The notes beneath the pieces are model-generated. The model ran no database searches and was not told where the DNA came from. It saw only the letters and a program-made list of their open reading frames with translations. This document shows positions 60,742 through 64,000 of a DNA stretch of 64,000 nt, in pieces. The DNA is from Alistipes sp. (lineage in GTDB: Bacteria; Bacteroidota; Bacteroidia; Bacteroidales; Rikenellaceae). How positions within the stretch are numbered: the first letter of the stretch is position 1; every line of letters begins with the position of its first letter. The stretch is from contig JAGBTQ010000002.1 of the NCBI GenBank assembly GCA_017631275.1, positions 3,680 through 67,679 of the forward strand, in the 5' to 3' direction. Both the position numbers and the translations under genes were made by a program.

Positions 60742-61452
60742 ATGGCACTTATATTATCAATAGAGACAGGTACAGATATTTGCTCGGTGGCTCTTGCCAA
60801 CGATGGCGAGCTCATGGCGCTTCGCGAGAGCGACGAGGGTCGCGACCATGCCAAGAAGGTGGCATTGTTCGTCAATGAACTTCTGCGTGAGACGGGCGTT
60901 CAGCCATCGGATATCGACGCTATTGCCGTGGGTAAGGGCCCAGGCTCCTATACGGGCTTGCGCATAGGCGTGTCGTTTGCTAAGGGTATGTGTTATGCTC
61001 TCAACATTCCACTTATCGCCATCGGCTCGCTCGACGCCTTGGCTGAGGTGGCACGCGAGGACTTCGAGGCGGGTATCCTCGATATCGAGGAGGAGGATTG
61101 GTCGCAGGCTAAGCTCTGCCCAATGGTCGATGCTCGCCGCATGGAGGTATATGCTCAGGTTTTCGACGTTGAGGGTAAGGCACAGAGCGATGTTGTTGCC
61201 GAGGTGGTTACCGAGGAGAGTTTTAATGAGTGGCGTTCTAAGGGTAAGTTTGTTATCTTTGGTAACGGCGCAAGGAAGTGTGCCGAGATGTTGCCAGATG
61301 CTATTATTGAGGATGTTGTGCCATCGGCACGTGGCATTGTTAGCCTTGCCGAGGAGGCATTCAATGCTGGCAAGTTCGAGGATTTGGCATACTTCGAGCC
61401 ATTCTACCTCAAAGACTTTATCGTAATACCATCGAAGAAGAAACTTCTTTAA
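60742..61452 (+). CDS. tsaB: tRNA t6A biosynthesis protein TsaB
   Basis: ILSIET, GPGSYTGLRIG, DARRMEVY and EPFYLK motifs. Confidence 0.96.
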   Translation: MALILSIETGTDICSVALANDGELMALRESDEGRDHAKKVALFVNELLRETGVQPSDIDAIAVGKGPGSYTGLRIGVSFAKGMCYALNIPLIAIGSLDALAEVAREDFEAGILDIEEEDWSQAKLCPMVDARRMEVYAQVFDVEGKAQSDVVAEVVTEESFNEWRSKGKFVIFGNGARKCAEMLPDAIIEDVVPSARGIVSLAEEAFNAGKFEDLAYFEPFYLKDFIVIPSKKKLL

Positions 61453-61580
61453 TTTGTTGTGATAAGGGGCCATTCTTGGCCCATTGCTAAAAGTTGAGCA
61501 CCCGAGGCTGTAGGTTTACTACTATCCTCGGGTGCTCACTTTTGCAATAGACCAAGCCTAACCCCTTCTGACAACAAATT
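61451..61580 (+). repeat. ~130-bp structured element, copy 7 (A type)
   Basis: AATTTGTTGTGATAAGGGG...CCCCTTCTGACAACAAATT; overlaps the tsaB TAA. Confidence 0.92.
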
Positions 61581-61635
61581 GGATTCTATCTTGGTAGTGA
61601 GTAGTAACGAAAATATTACTCTTTACTAATTTATC

Positions 61636-61711
61636 TGTCATGTTGAGCCTTGGCGAAACATCTCTCAGGTGGTGCTAACCTCGAGATTCTTCACTCTCAT
61701 TCAGGATGCCA
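61636..61711. repeat. Degenerate REP-like imperfect palindrome
   Basis: TGTCATGTTGAG..GCGAAACATCTC ... GAGATTCTTCAC..TTCAGGATGCCA inverted arms. Confidence 0.55.
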
Positions 61712-61783
61712 TACCATGAAATAGCGTCGCAGACACCTTACTTTTCACTTCTCACCTTTCACCTAAAAATGAATCCTCTTGGG

Positions 61784-63424
61784 CTAACCCAAGAGGATTT
61801 TTGCTTGACGGCGTGCTGCGTCCGATATCTCGCTGCCAGACAGCATCTTGGCAATCTCGTCGATGCGCTCCACTTTGCTTAGGCGGCGGATGTTGGTCTT
61901 GCCCTCGCTCTTATATACAACAAAGTGTGCACCACTCTTCGAAGCCACCTGTGGCAGGTGCGTGATGTCAACAACCTGCATCTTTGTCGCCATGTCGGCA
62001 ATAATCTCGCCCATGGCGTCGGCAATACGCCCCGACACGCCTGTGTCAATCTCGTCAAATATCACCGTAGGCAGCTTAATCTTCTCGACAAGTATCGCCT
62101 TGAGTGCAAGCATCACACGTGAAAGCTCACCACCTGAGGCTATGCGCTCGATAGGTGCGGGCTTTGTGGTGCGGTTAGCCGTAAAGAGATAAGCGATGCT
62201 ATCTGTACCGCTCGGCGTGAAGTTATCAGTAAGGGTTATTGCCACCTCGAAGCGTGCATCCTCCATGCCCAACTTCTGAAGTATCGCAACAATCTTCTCC
62301 TCGAACGGCGCGCATACCTCAACACGTGCATCGTGAATCTTGGTTGCAATATTCCTACACTCTGCCTCGAGCGAAGCTATCTCCTCGCGCTTGTTAAGTA
62401 GCTCGGTGTCGCTATTGTCGATTGATGCCAATCGGCGCTCAAACTCCTCGGCCTTAGCCAAGAGGTCGTCGTACGACTCGGCACGATGCTTAATCTCGAG
62501 CGAGTAAATCGTATTTAGTCTGTCGCTTAGCTTCTGCAACTTCTCAGGGTCGGCATCAATGCTCTCTGCCTCGTCGGCAGCCGTTGCACTAATATCCTTA
62601 AGCTCCTCAACTACAGCGTGTAGGCGCTCGGCAAGAGCGTGGCCAGCGGGATAGCTATCGCCCAACGCCTCGAGCTCACGCTCCGAGCGTGATAGCGACA
62701 CAAGCACGCCTAACTCCTCCTCGTCGAGGGTGTTGCGTAGTGTGGTTAGCGCCTCGCCAATGCTCTCGGCGGACTCCAATATTGCGAGCTTCTGCTCGGT
62801 ATCTTTCTGCTCGTCCTCACGTAGCTTAGCCGCGCGAAACTCCTCGACGGTGTAGCGCAACCACTCCTCGTCTTTGCGTGCCGCCTCCATCTCGCTCTCC
62901 ATCTTACGATACTCCGCACGAAGTGCTGTGAGGCGACTAAGCAGCAGGGTGTACTCCTCCAAGAGTGCCTCGTTTGAGGCAAGGGTGTCGAGAGTTGCGG
63001 TGCGGAACTCCTCTGACGAGAGTATGAGGTTTTGGTGCTGCGAGTGGATGTCGATGAGGCGAGTGCCAAGCTCCTTGAGTGTGGCGAGCTGCACGGGCAT
63101 GTCGCCCACAAACGAGCGGCTCTTGCCCGCAGGGGTGATGATGCGGCGTATGGTTATCTCGCTCTCGTAGTCGAGGTCGTTATCCTCGAAAATCTGCTCT
63201 AGGCCGTAGCCGTCGATAGAGAATGTAGCCTCGATAACGCAGTTTTTCGTGATGTCCTTGGTTGCCTGACCCTCGTTCTTTGCGCCAAGCAGCATGCCAA
63301 GTGCGCCCAAGAGAATAGACTTACCCGCACCTGTCTCACCAGTGATGATGTTCAGGTGCTCGTCCCACTCGACTCTTAGCGACTCGATAAGGGCGTAATT
63401 CTCTATGGTTAAGCTCTTTAGCAT
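61784..63424 (-). CDS. recN: DNA repair protein RecN
   Basis: TGETGAGKS, DIHSQH, ASGGELSR, FDEIDTG and ITHLPQVA motifs. Confidence 0.97.
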   Translation of the reverse strand: MLKSLTIENYALIESLRVEWDEHLNIITGETGAGKSILLGALGMLLGAKNEGQATKDITKNCVIEATFSIDGYGLEQIFEDNDLDYESEITIRRIITPAGKSRSFVGDMPVQLATLKELGTRLIDIHSQHQNLILSSEEFRTATLDTLASNEALLEEYTLLLSRLTALRAEYRKMESEMEAARKDEEWLRYTVEEFRAAKLREDEQKDTEQKLAILESAESIGEALTTLRNTLDEEELGVLVSLSRSERELEALGDSYPAGHALAERLHAVVEELKDISATAADEAESIDADPEKLQKLSDRLNTIYSLEIKHRAESYDDLLAKAEEFERRLASIDNSDTELLNKREEIASLEAECRNIATKIHDARVEVCAPFEEKIVAILQKLGMEDARFEVAITLTDNFTPSGTDSIAYLFTANRTTKPAPIERIASGGELSRVMLALKAILVEKIKLPTVIFDEIDTGVSGRIADAMGEIIADMATKMQVVDITHLPQVASKSGAHFVVYKSEGKTNIRRLSKVERIDEIAKMLSGSEISDAARRQAKILLG

Positions 63425-63430
63425 CTTATT

Positions 63431-64000
63431 TTATTTGAGTGTTTCTATCTTGTCGACAATCACAGCGGCTGCCTCACGCTTGCTCATTAGCGGGTGCTCC
63501 TCAGCGCCATTATGGTCGATGATGGTTATCTTATTGGTGTCGCCACGGAAGCCTGCGCCAGCGTCACGTAGCGAGTTAAGAACAACAAAGTCGAGGTTCT
63601 TGCGCACGAGCTTGCCCTGAGCATTTGCCTCCTCGTTGTCGGTCTCGAGCGCAAAGCCTACAAGAACTCTGCCCTCCTTGTTTGCGCCAAGCTCCTTGGC
63701 GATATCCTTTGTGCGACGAAGCTCGATGCGCATGTCGTCGTCCGACTTTTTGAGCTTCTTATCGGCAACGGTCACGGGGGTGTAGTCAGCAACGGCGGCA
63801 CACATTACTGCACCATCAGCCTCTCTCCACTCCCTTACTGCGGCATTGTACATATCCTCAGCCGAGAGCGTGTCGATGCGCTCAACGCCCTGAGGTATTG
63901 GTAGGGTGGTGCGACCACTGATGAGCTTAACCTCGGCACCACGCTTAGCCAACTCCTCGGCAATGGCATAGCCCATCTTGCCTGTAGAGTGGTTGGTGAT
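63431..64000 (-). CDS. coaBC: CoaBC, C-terminal phosphopantothenate-cysteine ligase part (5' end outside the window)
   Basis: ITNHSTGKMG, AAVADY, VGFALET and KNLDFVVLN motifs. Confidence 0.93.
   Translation of the reverse strand: MTNHSTGKMGYAIAEELAKRGAEVKLISGRTTLPIPQGVERIDTLSAEDMYNAAVREWREADGAVMCAAVADYTPVTVADKKLKKSDDDMRIELRRTKDIAKELGANKEGRVLVGFALETDNEEANAQGKLVRKNLDFVVLNSLRDAGAGFRGDTNKITIIDHNGAEEHPLMSKREAAAVIVDKIETLK

Noticed and set aside
60757-61473. Long antisense or alternate-frame ORFs (e.g. 60757..61473, 7846..8601, 23949..24593, 38001..38432)
   Set aside because: They are shadows of well-supported genes on the opposite strand and carry no recognisable motifs
14999-61580. 130-nt elements as integron attC sites
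   Set aside because: The RYYYAAC...GTTRRRY order is not met on the gene strand, they follow core housekeeping genes, and no integron integrase is in the window

Overview
This 64 kb window is mostly core chromosome of a Bacteroidales bacterium; the Alistipes/Rikenellaceae-like assignment is inferred from gene content and the recurrent TAnnTTTG -7 promoter elements. It holds housekeeping genes (mutS 5' end, rsmD, rpsT, dnaA, pgm, recA, relA/spoT, uvrB, nagB, purA, feoB, cobB, rpe, rmuC, glyA, dnaG, smpB, tsaB, recN, coaBC 3' part), four tRNAs and a few accessory genes (EptA, an SH3-like protein, a BspA-type LRR protein, a BACON lipoprotein with an in-frame stop). I recognised no integrase, transposase, reverse transcriptase or CRISPR locus. 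The main signals are non-coding. (1) Seven copies of a 129-131 bp structured element at five loci, each locus starting at or within 2 nt of a stop codon in the sense orientation, with compensatory base changes. (2) An AT-rich candidate oriC at about 20.0-20.65 kb, where DnaA-box-like 9-mers are interleaved with a TTACA-N2-TGTAA palindrome array that also covers the promoter of the adjacent HTH gene. (3) Duplicated tRNA 3' ends enclosing short structured segments at tRNA-Asp and tRNA-Pro. (4) Mosaic short-repeat modules, two of which flank the LRR gene with an exact 44-bp direct repeat. (5) Several candidate leader RNAs and small RNAs. All calls were made by eye without database searches, so novelty is untested.
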